DNA of 60,993 bases, the filler included, from Basidiobolus ranarum (Eukaryota): NCBI GenBank assembly GCA_040143965.1. It is 10 parts of 10 records of this genome, joined end to end, with 100 filler letters (N's around TTAATTAATTAA, not from the genome) between each part and the next. Parts side by side here need not be neighbours in the genome. Positions count along the whole stretch, not along the records: positions 24,470 to 30,482 come from JASJQH010008313.1; positions 30,583 to 36,591 come from JASJQH010008314.1; 8 more parts are not named here. One strand, 5' to 3'. The stretch's first letter is position 1; the number at the start of each line of letters is the position of its first letter. Both the position numbers and the translations under genes were made by a program. Positions 25,189 to 36,691 of this stretch are shown here, piece by piece. The notes beneath the pieces are model-generated. The model was not told where the DNA came from and made no database searches. It saw nothing but the letters and a program-made list of their open reading frames with translations.

Positions 25189-25674
25189 TAGTTAACCTAT
25201 ATTGAACTAAGATATCACCCATTATTCAATATTGGAACTTACTTAGAAGTTCTCCGATATATGTATCTTTCAAAGCTTGTGCTAGAAGCCCCAATCTTTG
25301 CACACATATTCCTGGGACCTTTCTTAACACACTCTACATGCCAGTTTGCTTACATCTTGACAAAACTATAAATGTCAACTTTCAACTCAATAAATCATTA
25401 AGTGAAAAACCACCAATTTCTTTGCTTTCCCCAAACCACTTCCAACAGGCTCCCAAAATACTTTAACAGTAAGAACTAGCTCTTCTGAAAGAAACTTGAG
25501 ATCACGTAGCAACATGTTCAACAACTTGGGGCTTCTTTGAAAAATCTATATATCTTCAAACTTTTAAGTAAATTCCGATATCGAATAATGGGTGATATCT
25601 TAGTTCAATATAGGTTAACTAAATACTAAGCTATATGTGACTATATAGATGTTTAGGCAATGCTAATCTCAACA
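25189..25674. repeat. Two partial family-A LTRs in inverted orientation
   Basis: 25189-25468 is the reverse complement of the family-A LTR. 25527-25674 is in the opposite orientation and ends TCAACA. Confidence 0.85.
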
Positions 25675-27436
25675 CATAACACTCGGATGATATTGCAGAG
25701 GGAATCAACAAATCAATATTCTGGTCACTTAGGTCCGCTATTAGTTCGAAATATCAAACTTTTGTCGAACTACGAAACCGTAGAGTGTTGCAGTTACACT
25801 ATTTCTATGTTGCGCCTGCTATTTTACCCAATAATATCTGGTTATTTCAGCATACAGGTGCCATATTCTCATTTGTGTTTGGAAGAACAAACGGCTGTAC
25901 TGGGTCGGAGATCCAGTGATCGGCATTGGCCGAAGGATATCGTCAGCTATATTCCCTCATATCCTAGAGGTTCGGTCTCCATGGCCTTTAAGCTTCATAA
26001 GGAAATTAAGTTGTATGAATATGTCAAAAGCAGTAGAGTATACCTGAATTCGATTTAACTAATTTAGGTAATAATCGCATCATTGATTTCGATTTACATA
26101 CCGAAAATCCAAGCTGATCTCACCCAAGTTGTCGTACTCTGAGTACAATTTAGCACCCTACGAATGGTTGGTAACCGTTTGGGTGCATAGCTTGCACATG
26201 ATGTAGAGTAACGTTAACCTCTATGGCTTCACTACAGCCATCTTAGAGTTTAATGTCAAGTGTTCAGTGTCGAGTTCCTTCTAAATCCGTATCAAATTTA
26301 AACAATATCGCACAAGTAAGAATTTCACTGCTCATGCATGCTTGTATATAGGGCGTCAGCTTCATTTGGTGGTTTATTTGTAGAATGCTAAACACTCGAT
26401 TTTGCCCATATTTGATGAATGTTTCATTACTACGCTTACATGTTTAAGAATTTGGAATGGAAACATACACAAGCATGGTTACGAATTTCATTTTAGAGTA
26501 ACCAGATCTCTGGCTATGGGAATATTTTCGTTAGACCCGCATGATATTTTACCCTTAACAACATTTAGGCTCTGTGAATCAACATACATAGAATGGTTGC
26601 TCGTATACGTATTCTCATTTATTTGTAATCAGGTTTCTGAAGATGTTTGCTTCTGGGTCTTCGAGAGAGCAGTGGTCTGCGAATTGAGTCCAACACACAG
26701 TGTTCGCATCAATGTTCCATGAGCTTGATGCAGAAAATATGGCCTGTTTCATGGCCGATTCAAGTGAAAATTAGATTGGCTTTGTCGCGGGATGTATTAC
26801 GGGTCAATGGTATAAACCTAGGCTAGTTTTAGATATGCTCGATGCTGGTCGACCTAGATGTACACCGATTCAAGACGTCTTGAAACCTGAATCTCCACTT
26901 TGAACTGATAGCGAACTCCAATACCACACTATTCACACAGGATGGTACTTTCCGAAACTGGTCTGTAGTACTAGCGAGTTACTCTCTATTCAAACATCAT
27001 ATGTAATACCTATGGTTGCCATAATGTGTACGGCATTGTTCACACATCTGAGCACCTGTTGAGTTCCCATGATTTGTGTTGGGAATAAAAGTGAGTTCTT
27101 CAATCGATTTACCGAACGCCGTCAGGAAAGCCAATAATAGGATGAGCCTGAGAAACCATAGAATAATTATTCCAACAGTTTCCAATTAAAATTAGTGTTC
27201 TTGCAACTGAGTCGTTGATCAAAAAGATCCATGCTCTAGTCAGGTTTTCAGTTTATTGCACACTTGATCATATAGCTACTCTTCATCATAGTTGAGGCTA
27301 CACAATATAAGGAATACATAAAGGGGCCGTTTCTGGTATAATTTCTCAACAAAAAGTGAGTGTGCCTCATAGTTTGCTGATTACTACTTCTTGCTATTCT
27401 AATCGCCTTTGATTGCTCTGGTTTACGGCAAATAAC

Positions 27437-28816
27437 ATGGAACCTCGTAATTCGGAAGTAAACTCTTCTCGTCCTGCTAGCCCCTTACGTAAAGTCTGGA
27501 GATTTCTTACGAGAATCAACATCACCTTTTGGATTATACTCTTTCTACTCTTGGGAATCCTACTTGGTTATGCTGCTCCAGAATTCTCTTCTCATTTAAG
27601 TCCCATTTCCAACATTTTCATATATATGGTGAAATGCTTGGTTGTTCCACTTATCTTCTCTACCCTCACAGTGGGGATCGCTGGCCATGGGGCTGACCTT
27701 AAGAAGATTGGTGTGATGGCTATTAAGGCCTTTGTCTACTTCGAAATTGCCACCACCATTGCACTAGCGGTTGGATTGATCGCTATTAATATCATTAAGC
27801 CCGGAGTAGGAGTGGACCTTAATGCGTTTAAAACAGACAACTCCACTAATGTGGCAAAGAAGGAAATCACTTGGGAAACCGAACTTTATGGCATTATCCC
27901 TGAGAGTTTCTTCAAAGCAGCTGCCGAGAACGTTATTTTACAAATTGTCTTTTGTAGTATCATGTTTGCAGTAGCGATGATCAAGGTTAACAATGAAAAG
28001 TACACAGGCCCAGTGTTAACATTTCTCGATGGTCTATCACACATCATGTTCAAAGTAACTAGTCTGGTAATGAATTTTGCACCTTTCGGAGTACTCGCTT
28101 CCATGGCCGTTACTGTTAGTAAATCTGGCTTGGGGATTTTGGTGAATCTTGGAAAGTTAATTGGAACTCTTTATTTGGCCCTATTGGTTTTTATGCTTCT
28201 TGTATTTGTCCCCATTCTTGTGATACTGAAGATTCCTGCTCGTGAATTTGCCCGTGCAGTGGCTCGTCCTGCGTTGATCACTTTTAGTACTTCGAGTTCG
28301 GAGGCAGCTCTTCCCATAGCTATGGAGAATATGGAGAAATTTGGGGTACCCAAGCAGATTGTTGCTTTTGTGATTCCCACCGGCTATTCCTTCAATCTAG
28401 ATGGATCTACTCTTTATTTGGCTGTTGCTAGTATTTTCGTTGCACAGGCTGCTGGTACTTCGCTCAGCGTTGGTGATCAGCTTATGATGATGTTAACTCT
28501 TATGCTGACATCCAAAGGGGTTGCTGCAGTTCCGAGAGGTGCCATCGTAGTCCTTGCCGCTGCCTTGAATAGCTTTAATCTTCCACAGCAAGCGATATCG
28601 GTGATTCTTGGAGTAGATCAGATTATGAATATGGCACGTGCTGGAGTAAACGTAATAGGAAATTGTTTGTCGTGCGTGGTAGTAGCTAAATGGCAAGGTG
28701 AATTCCGCCAACCTGGATGGGAGCTTGCCTTTATCCAAGACCAAGATGGACAGCAAGATGAGGAGGATATTGAGAAGCAGGAGGAGAAAGTAAATTATGT
28801 GAGCCATGATCGCTAA
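27437..28816 (+). CDS. Dicarboxylate/amino acid:cation symporter (DAACS/SLC1, GltP/DctA-like), intronless
   Basis: FSTSSSEAALP, PTGYSFNLDGS, LTSKGVAAVP, TM8 VDQIMNMARAGVNVIGN. Confidence 0.95.
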   Translation: MEPRNSEVNSSRPASPLRKVWRFLTRINITFWIILFLLLGILLGYAAPEFSSHLSPISNIFIYMVKCLVVPLIFSTLTVGIAGHGADLKKIGVMAIKAFVYFEIATTIALAVGLIAINIIKPGVGVDLNAFKTDNSTNVAKKEITWETELYGIIPESFFKAAAENVILQIVFCSIMFAVAMIKVNNEKYTGPVLTFLDGLSHIMFKVTSLVMNFAPFGVLASMAVTVSKSGLGILVNLGKLIGTLYLALLVFMLLVFVPILVILKIPAREFARAVARPALITFSTSSSEAALPIAMENMEKFGVPKQIVAFVIPTGYSFNLDGSTLYLAVASIFVAQAAGTSLSVGDQLMMMLTLMLTSKGVAAVPRGAIVVLAAALNSFNLPQQAISVILGVDQIMNMARAGVNVIGNCLSCVVVAKWQGEFRQPGWELAFIQDQDGQQDEEDIEKQEEKVNYVSHDR

Positions 28817-29899
28817 AATTTTTGTATATAGGCAGTATCATCATATCTTTGGATTTTTTAAGTGTTTATTCTGATGCCTTGTAATCCCAATAGCGTTTTC
28901 ATCCAGTGAGCATATTAATTTTGTTACATACATTAGGTATGAGCTGTTCATGTAATTACTCAACTTGAACAATAAATGTACGAATCTATTTCTTTAACCT
29001 GCATGTTCCAGACCCTTACCCTACATGAGGATATATCAGTTTAATTTGAGAATATAACCAGTCTTGCTCAAGAAGAACCATTAGAGGATATGATAAAGCA
29101 GATCAGAGCAGAGAGTTGTTGATTTTGACACTATCAGATGACATCCACTTTGTTTGCATTGAAATTCTGGATAACATGAATCAGCTGCCTGTAGGGTGGG
29201 AGTTCATCGTCTCTAGAATCATTCGGTTCATTTTCCTTTTCTGGACTCCAAATCAATGCTTCTCAGTTTTAGAAATAAATTCACACTAGTGTGGGGTAGT
29301 CACCTTAGTACATAATCGAGCTTTTGAAACTGATCAATATGGTACTACAATGCGTAAGTTCAACTACGTGTTTCAGCGATAGAACTATGATTTGAGGATT
29401 TTACTTTTACCTGCTTCACAGTGAATTTCTGAGAAAGAAGAGTCCAGCTACTCCTCAATCATCATCAAGAAAAAGCCTTTACAAACCGCTGAGAAACAGG
29501 ATGTTTGACTACAACCCATGCATTTCACTCCCATCCTGTTGGACGAATGTGGAGGCCAAGTAGTCGACATGCCGATTACTTCATAAGTTCATTTGTTGGC
29601 TCGTGAGAAGATATTGGTTTATCATTATGCTCCTCAATGAACCTCGGTTCTCAATCAACATTACTAGAACTTGGCAAATCTCTGCCCTTTATAGGATACC
29701 ATACCGGTTCTAGCAAGTTTTGATCCATGACAGAGTCTGGAGTAAAATTGGAAAATTCTTTATCGAAGCTCGGCATCATAATTATAACTTTTGTGCTCTA
29801 AATGATCTTAAACCCTGTGAAATATCATTTATATTGCCTGAAATCACTTTGATGTAATATCGATCAGTGGGGAAATGAAAGCAGTTACCCGCACAACAA

Positions 29900-30340
29900 A
29901 CTTCCTCTGAAGTCAACTTGGTCCCAGAAACATATTATTAGTCTGGTATGATCTCACCTTGAAAACCCGGCTTGCCTTCACATGCATTCTACTTCTTTAT
30001 TCAAAGCCCCTTTTCTTGCAATAACCAGGATCCAAATTTTACTTGCTTGATCGCAGATATACCGATACAACGCTTACAATTTAATAAATCATCGTCAACG
30101 TATGCAATGGGACCTGCTACGACTGATTCATCAAACCACTGATGTAGAATTTCATCGACTGTATCATGATGAGTACCAATTCAGCGTTGATGCTGGGTAT
30201 ATTCTGGCAGATGAGAATTCACCAATTAGATCAGTACAATGGACTAATATGTGCCTTCATACAGTTTGGGGAAGCACAAGACCTTTGTGGAGAAGAGATA
30301 TGTGTTTCCTCTTCAGATGTTATGATAAATCATTCTAGGT
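29900..30340 (+). mobile_element. Possible decayed LINE 3' end (zf-RVT-like)
   Basis: Frameshifted fragments WYDLTLKTRLA, PFSCNNQ, LLDRRYT, CLHTVW. Weak, by eye only. Confidence 0.25.
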
Positions 30341-30390
30341 CATTCATGTATCAAGTAGGAAGACGTAAAATAGTGGAAATGAGAGCTTTT

Positions 30391-30482
30391 TGTTGAAATT
30401 GGCATTGCCTAAATACCTATATAGTCATATATAGCTTAGTACTTAGTTATCTTATATTTCACTAAGATTATACCCATTAATC
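30391..30482 (+). repeat. 5' part of family-A Copia LTR at contig end
   Basis: TGTTGAAATTGGCATTGCCTAAA.. is the reverse complement of the LTR end at 31163 and 60731. Confidence 0.85.
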
Positions 30483-30815
30483 NNNNNNNNNNNNNNNNNN
30501 NNNNNNNNNNNNNNNNNNNNNNNNNNTTAATTAATTAANNNNNNNNNNNNNNNNNNNNNNNNNNNNNNNNNNNNNNNNNNNNTATGGTTCAGTAAAGTTC
30601 AAGACTTCTTATACACTTTTCTTTTGGACACAGCACCATATAATCTAAGAGCTTCAAGATTTGTTAAAAAAAATTCCAAGCAAATTCCAATTGCAGATAT
30701 TGAATATCAACACAGCAGAATTTAGGTGGCCAGTGTTATAACTATATATATAATTAAGTTAGGTCATTTTCAGCAGAAAGATGATACTAAGCACCATATA
30801 TTATCTTGTGTTTAA

Positions 30816-31163
30816 TGTTTAAGTAGTTGGGAGCCTGTTGGAGGTGGTTTGGAGAATTAGAGGAATTGGTGATTTTCACTTATTAATTTATTGGGTTTTC
30901 AGTTGACATTTATAGCTTTATCAAGATGTAAGCAAACTAACATATGGAATGTGTTAAGGAAGGTCCCAGGAACATGTGTGCAAAGTTTTGGGCTTCTAGA
31001 ACAAGTTTGAAAAGTCTGTATATTGGAGAACTTCTAAGTTGGTGAAAATATTCTAAGTAAATTCCAATTGAGAATAATGGATAATATCTTGGTGAAATAT
31101 TAGATAACTAAGTACTAAGCTATATATGACTATTTAGCTATTTAGGCAATACTAATTTCAACA
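30816..31163 (-). repeat. Solo LTR, Copia family A (348 bp)
   Basis: TGTT..AACA termini; colinear with 43162-43509 and 60385-60731. Flanks TTTAA/CTTAG may be a decayed TSD. Confidence 0.9.
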
Positions 31164-32685
31164 CTTAGTCAATGAAGAATGGGATGCAGTGTTATAGTAA
31201 GCCTGATATATACCAGCTATGCTCAAATTCTCCCAAAGTCTCTTCAACATTACCATAATACAGAGCTCCAGAGGTTTATTGCTTTCTGTACTGATTAGCA
31301 ACACTTACTTTGTACCTACCCACACTTAAGCAAGAAAGCTAGCAATTCTAGAAATAGCAGATACACAAAGAAAGATATAGGAACAGGCTTGATTGTTTCA
31401 AAATATTCTTTGCTTTGCAGGCATATTAAATAGGACTATATTAAGTGAACTGGCCTACTTACCCTGTAGTATCCAGCAACTAGGTTTTACTGTCATTATA
31501 ACTCATTTGCTGTTATATACCTAATTTGCACTGAACTGAGAATCAGAGAACCTAATTTTATTACTATATCTATCTGCAAAAGTGTTGATATAGTCAAGTA
31601 AGTCTAAAGCTCCAATAGCATCAACATTGATCTGGGTATGATTTCCCAACTCTGGCAGAAATTTGGTACTCAATCTCTTTACCTATGTGACATATCATCA
31701 TAATAGAAAGCACACTTTGCTTGGTGCAAGAAGAAATATAACTCTTGAGGCTAAAACTACTCCATTCAACTCTTTGTAGTTCAGCTGTGAACACTATGAA
31801 AGCTTGCTGTATGCTCCCCTCAGTTCTGTATTTTGCTACAATGCAAAGTTAGAAGTAACCCTGATGAAAATACCTCCAAGTATATTCTTTGTACAGCAAG
31901 AAGAACCTCCATTGCTGTTGGTGTAGTATTACTAGCTCCATCTACTTTTCATTAGTATTTTATATGCTTATTGTATACATTATGTTGGTCACACCAATGG
32001 AACACTGATCCGGTACTTTTATACCATAACCAATAGCTTTATTGCTCACTTTGTCATTATAGACTCTATCTTGATTGCCTTGACTTCCTATTACTGTAGC
32101 ATTCAAGATTAAAATTAAAGGACTACAGAGTGATCCAAGCTATAATATATTAATAACTTGTGGTGTTTGTCATGACCAAGTTATTAATATTATATCAGAA
32201 GTTCCACGTGTGGACAGAGTGAACACAGACTTATGCAACAACAATGTTCAGATTAGTTCAGAGATTTCATCATCATTGAAAACTGGTCTTAGAATAAATA
32301 CCGGTGTCCACAATTGACAGTGAAATGGAAATTTTCCTAGATTCACTCACAAACTCCCATTATTAGTAACGACATCCAATTGTACTACAATTTTGTTCTC
32401 CCTCAGATAAAGGACTTCATGAATAGTACGACATGAGTGCAGAAGTTCAACTGGAATGTGTATGGTTTATTTAATATATGATATCAATGCAAAATGATAG
32501 GTGTGGTGTTTAGATATGCGTTTTGTTAATACTAGTAACATAGATGGCTATCTCGTGCTAAGAGTACAGGCAAAAAAAAACTATGAACGGTCTTCAGATG
32601 GTGCTGTATCAGAGAGCGATAAGGAATCTATTAAACTTAAGTATTGTCAATGTTAGTGCTGATGAATTATGAACGTCTAATGGGT

Positions 32686-34023
32686 TTATTCCAGCTTAGG
32701 GAATTCCTTCAGTGACAATGCATTGATACACCCTTCGAGTCCCATATCCTCGTAGACAAACTGCTGTGTTCTCTCACGCTCCCAGATTTCATCGCCCATT
32801 TGGAAGAGGAAGTTGTCTTTGCCCATAAGCAGTAATAACTTACTGGGGAATTCTGGGAAATCTTCAAGTTCGACTTTTGACTCCTCATCTTGCTTTACAA
32901 GTATACTCAAATTCTTGGCTGCGATGTAACCTCCATACATGGCAACACCAGCAAGCTTCATCACAGTACGGTCACAAACATCCCCAATGGCGAAGATATG
33001 GGAATACTTTGGATCATCAATCTGCATGTTCTTGTTGACACGAATACCATTTTGTGAGAAGATGGGTTCATCCGTAGATGAGGGTAGATTAACGACGGAA
33101 GCCTTGCTCTTGGTTCCTGTGCAGTTGATGACCCAGTCAGCTTTGATATTGCTCTGATTCGTGGTTGTCAGTTCAATGTTGTACTTGACCGTTGAGATCA
33201 ACTCTGGAAGTATATCTTCATGATTATTAACTGATCTGGTTTCCGAAAATTTGACCTCAGAAATTAATTCAGAAAGTGTATCGCAGGGATCCTTAGCCGT
33301 GTCAGTACTCACACTAAGAGGAATTTCCTTAATTACACGCTCACCAAGGATCACATTAACTCCAATGTCTTCCTTGAGAATACGTACAGTCTCTTGACGA
33401 AATTCATCCTTGAATGGACCAGGAATTGGTAGAGCTCGTGAATGAATAAGTGTGACGTCCTTCTCGGGGAAATCGCACTTTACATCAGCTGCCATTTCGA
33501 TACCAACTGCACCTCCTCCGACAACTACAACTGATTTGGAGTTTTTAATGTCATGATGGTGTTTAAGTAGTTCCTTGACAAATTCGCCTTTTGTAGATGC
33601 ACTGACACCAATGGGTGTTCCACGGCTCTGGCCAAGTGCCATAATAAGATAGTCGAAGCTGATTTCTTCTTCGCTGTCAGCTATCTTGACGTTGTTGGCG
33701 GTCACCTCTTTAATAATTCCATTTCGTACTGTAATGGAAGGGTGTGATAGCCATGGGACGCTACTATAAGGGACCCATAGTTTCTCTCCAAAATCGGGCT
33801 CAGTGAGGCCTCGTGTCATTCCAATAAAGTGCACAAAGCCATCGCGTCTGTCTACCAGTGTAATACGCACGTTTTGGTTGGGAGGAGCCTGTTCCGAGCC
33901 ATCATAGTCTTTTGGTGCGAGCAGGTGAGTATAAAGGTACTTAATTGCATTGAGGCCGGCGTAGTTACCACCAGCAACAAGGATGTGAACTGGCTTTACG
34001 CTAGGTTGAGTAAGAGCAACCAT
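32686..34023 (-). CDS. AIF/AMID (FSP1)-like FAD/NAD(P)H oxidoreductase, intronless
   Basis: VAGGNYAG, FDYLIMALG, VVVGGGAVGIEMAAD, IFAIGDV. Confidence 0.92.
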   Translation of the reverse strand: MVALTQPSVKPVHILVAGGNYAGLNAIKYLYTHLLAPKDYDGSEQAPPNQNVRITLVDRRDGFVHFIGMTRGLTEPDFGEKLWVPYSSVPWLSHPSITVRNGIIKEVTANNVKIADSEEEISFDYLIMALGQSRGTPIGVSASTKGEFVKELLKHHHDIKNSKSVVVVGGGAVGIEMAADVKCDFPEKDVTLIHSRALPIPGPFKDEFRQETVRILKEDIGVNVILGERVIKEIPLSVSTDTAKDPCDTLSELISEVKFSETRSVNNHEDILPELISTVKYNIELTTTNQSNIKADWVINCTGTKSKASVVNLPSSTDEPIFSQNGIRVNKNMQIDDPKYSHIFAIGDVCDRTVMKLAGVAMYGGYIAAKNLSILVKQDEESKVELEDFPEFPSKLLLLMGKDNFLFQMGDEIWERERTQQFVYEDMGLEGCINALSLKEFPKLE

Positions 34024-34103
34024 GAGGGAAGTTAGAAATAGTAAGGAAACGAAGAAAGAGAGCAGAATTAAGATACAATGAAAAAAGTTGTTAAATAATA
34101 AAA

Positions 34104-34272
34104 ATCTGATAAACCACTCAAGCCAATAAGAATTAGTGATAGGTCACATATCTGATAAAAGAATTTCCATTCAAACTAATCAGGTTTTACCTTCGACCCA
34201 ATCAAGGTCGGATGTGCTATCAGATGAACCACCATCTATAATACAATTTCTCCGAATTACATATTATCTGAT
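34104..34272. promoter_or_regulatory. Divergent promoter with four ATCWGATAR sites and two CCAAT boxes
   Basis: ATCTGATAA 34104-34112 and 34150-34158 (+). ATCTGATAG 34217-34225 and ATCAGATAA 34264-34272 (-). CCAAT at 34123 and 34198. Confidence 0.75.
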
Positions 34273-34578
34273 GGAATAGTAACAAACAAGTTTGTTTTAC
34301 CGAGATGAGGGGAATATGCTAATTAGATTTGTACTTGTATGAGTTCCCAGGTCTGGTGTCCCATAGTCCACTTTTGACATTAGCGACAGGGTAGATGATG
34401 CAGTAATGGTAGGGAATGAGAGATACAGTGGGAAAATTTTTGCCAATGATGGCTGCCCGCTTAAATACTGCTTGTCAGAAGTTAGAAACGAAATCATTTG
34501 TTCTCTGAACATTGTAAATGGTATTTAGTGATATCATATATTAGCTACAGATTGTTGGTTTTCTGACTTAAACTAGGA

Positions 34579-36258
34579 ATGTCTGACTCCGATTCTATCG
34601 CCAAGGTTCGACCTGAAGAGCACACTGTGAAGACCCACGTTGAGAATGAAGAACTCGCAGGTGTGAAGAAGGGACTCGTGGTAAAATGGCGTAATGCTGA
34701 CAAGTACATTGTTGTTGGCAGTTTGTTTGCGATTAACTTCGTCACCGCCATGGACACTAGTGCTACCGCCACCATCATGCCGAAAGTTCTAAGTGAATAC
34801 AATAGTTTGACAATGTATGGCGCTCTCACAAGCGTTTCTTACTTACTTGTGGCTGGTATACGTCCGATATTTGCAAAAATTGCTGATACATTTGGGCGCG
34901 TACATGCTATTGGTCTTTCAATTCTCTTCCACACTATTGGGTTCGTTATCTGCGCTAGCGCCCGTAACTTTGGCTACATCTTCGCTGGTACTTTACTATC
35001 AACTATTGGACAAGCTGGATACAGTACAATTTCAGTCATTCTCATTGCCGATTTCATTCCACTTTATCTGCGTGGCTCGTTTAATGGGTATATGGCGATC
35101 CCTAGCGTGACAAATGCGTACCTAGGGCCCGTTGTTGCATATGCCTTGCTCATAAAGTGGCGCTGGGTTTACGGCCTACTTGCAATCCTAGCTCTTGTTT
35201 GCTCCATCCCGGCGGTTTATAGTTTGTATACTATTGATAAGCGTGCAAGCGAGGATCTACAGAAGCTTGAGAATCCTCCGCCACGAAAACCACTCGGGAG
35301 CCTTTTGTTGGATATTGCCATCGAACTTGACATCCTTGGCCTTTTACTACTTTGTGGTGGAGTTATAATGGTGCTATTGCCTCTTGGTTTGAGTTACAAT
35401 ACGATCTATGGTTGGGGTGATGGTCGTGTACTTGGTCCTCTTATTTCTGGCATCATTGTCATTCTCCTCTTCATCATCTACGAGCACAAATATGCTCGCT
35501 ATCCTGTTGTGCCGTTCCGTCTGTTCAAAAACAAAACTTTCTCCGCCGCAATGGCAGCCGGTGTAATGTTCTATTTCACATCAAACGTGTCGCTCTTTTT
35601 CTTCAATGCCTTCATCCAGGTAACGCGCGATACTGATGCTCGAACGGCTCAGCTTCTGCAACTCGGCTATGTTGTTTATTATATCGGTGTTATTCTTGGA
35701 GGCTGGGCCATGCAGAAATCGAAGCGTTACCGCCGGTGGGCCTGGGTTGGCTGGGCTATATATCTTATTGCGGTTGGTTTAATGATCAGAACTCGTGGAG
35801 GAACTCACACATCAAACGCGGAAATTGCTATAGTTCAAGGATTACTCGGTCTTGGCAGTGGTGTTGCTATTGGATGCATTGGTATTGGTGTTCAAGCTTC
35901 AGTTGTAAAGGCTGACATTGCCATTGCAGTCGCGCTATACTTGATGGTGGCGTATCTGGGTGGAGCAATAGGAGAAGCAACATCTACAACCATTTGGAAC
36001 ACAACTCTACCTAATAGGCTCATGGGCCAAATGGACCCCAGCGTTGATGTGTCTAAAGCTATCAATAATATCGATTATTTCAAGACACTCCCTATAGGCC
36101 AGAAGGAACTTGTACAGCTGGCCTATATTGATACACAGAAGATCCTTTCAATATGTGGTGTTGGGGCTCTAGTTCTAGCAGGCTTTGCTATGCTCTTTCT
36201 AGCTCCATATGACCTTAGCGAAGATCAAAATGAGAGAGAGGTAGAGGAAAGCGGATAA
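34579..36258 (+). CDS. 14-TM MFS transporter, siderophore-iron transporter (SIT/ARN)-like
   Basis: PIFAKIADTFGR, WRWVYG, ELDILGLLL, QASV, W..TLP..L, LAYIDTQKIL motifs typical of ARN/SIT; intronless. Confidence 0.88.
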   Translation: MSDSDSIAKVRPEEHTVKTHVENEELAGVKKGLVVKWRNADKYIVVGSLFAINFVTAMDTSATATIMPKVLSEYNSLTMYGALTSVSYLLVAGIRPIFAKIADTFGRVHAIGLSILFHTIGFVICASARNFGYIFAGTLLSTIGQAGYSTISVILIADFIPLYLRGSFNGYMAIPSVTNAYLGPVVAYALLIKWRWVYGLLAILALVCSIPAVYSLYTIDKRASEDLQKLENPPPRKPLGSLLLDIAIELDILGLLLLCGGVIMVLLPLGLSYNTIYGWGDGRVLGPLISGIIVILLFIIYEHKYARYPVVPFRLFKNKTFSAAMAAGVMFYFTSNVSLFFFNAFIQVTRDTDARTAQLLQLGYVVYYIGVILGGWAMQKSKRYRRWAWVGWAIYLIAVGLMIRTRGGTHTSNAEIAIVQGLLGLGSGVAIGCIGIGVQASVVKADIAIAVALYLMVAYLGGAIGEATSTTIWNTTLPNRLMGQMDPSVDVSKAINNIDYFKTLPIGQKELVQLAYIDTQKILSICGVGALVLAGFAMLFLAPYDLSEDQNEREVEESG

Positions 36259-36691
36259 TATGGAAGTGTATTGGTATATTGAACTCTTAATTAAATATAT
36301 ATATTGAAGGAATACTTCAATGCGTAGTAAAATAATAAAACCAGTAACATAAGATTGTAAACGACGCTTTTAAAATGAGATTTGCTTCCAAATTTTAATA
36401 CATAGTATTGCTTTGTTATCTTCCTATAAAAAGTTACAATAATTAACCAGTTACAACGATTAACCAGTCACATCTGTTTCCAAACTGGCTAAATGGTATC
36501 ATGTAAATCCTATAGTTGGTTTCTTTCCACAAATGGAAATGCCATCATGTATAATTTTCTTTCACCAATAAAACGTAACTTTATTCTAACGNNNNNNNNN
36601 NNNNNNNNNNNNNNNNNNNNNNNNNNNNNNNNNNNTTAATTAATTAANNNNNNNNNNNNNNNNNNNNNNNNNNNNNNNNNNNNNNNNNNNN

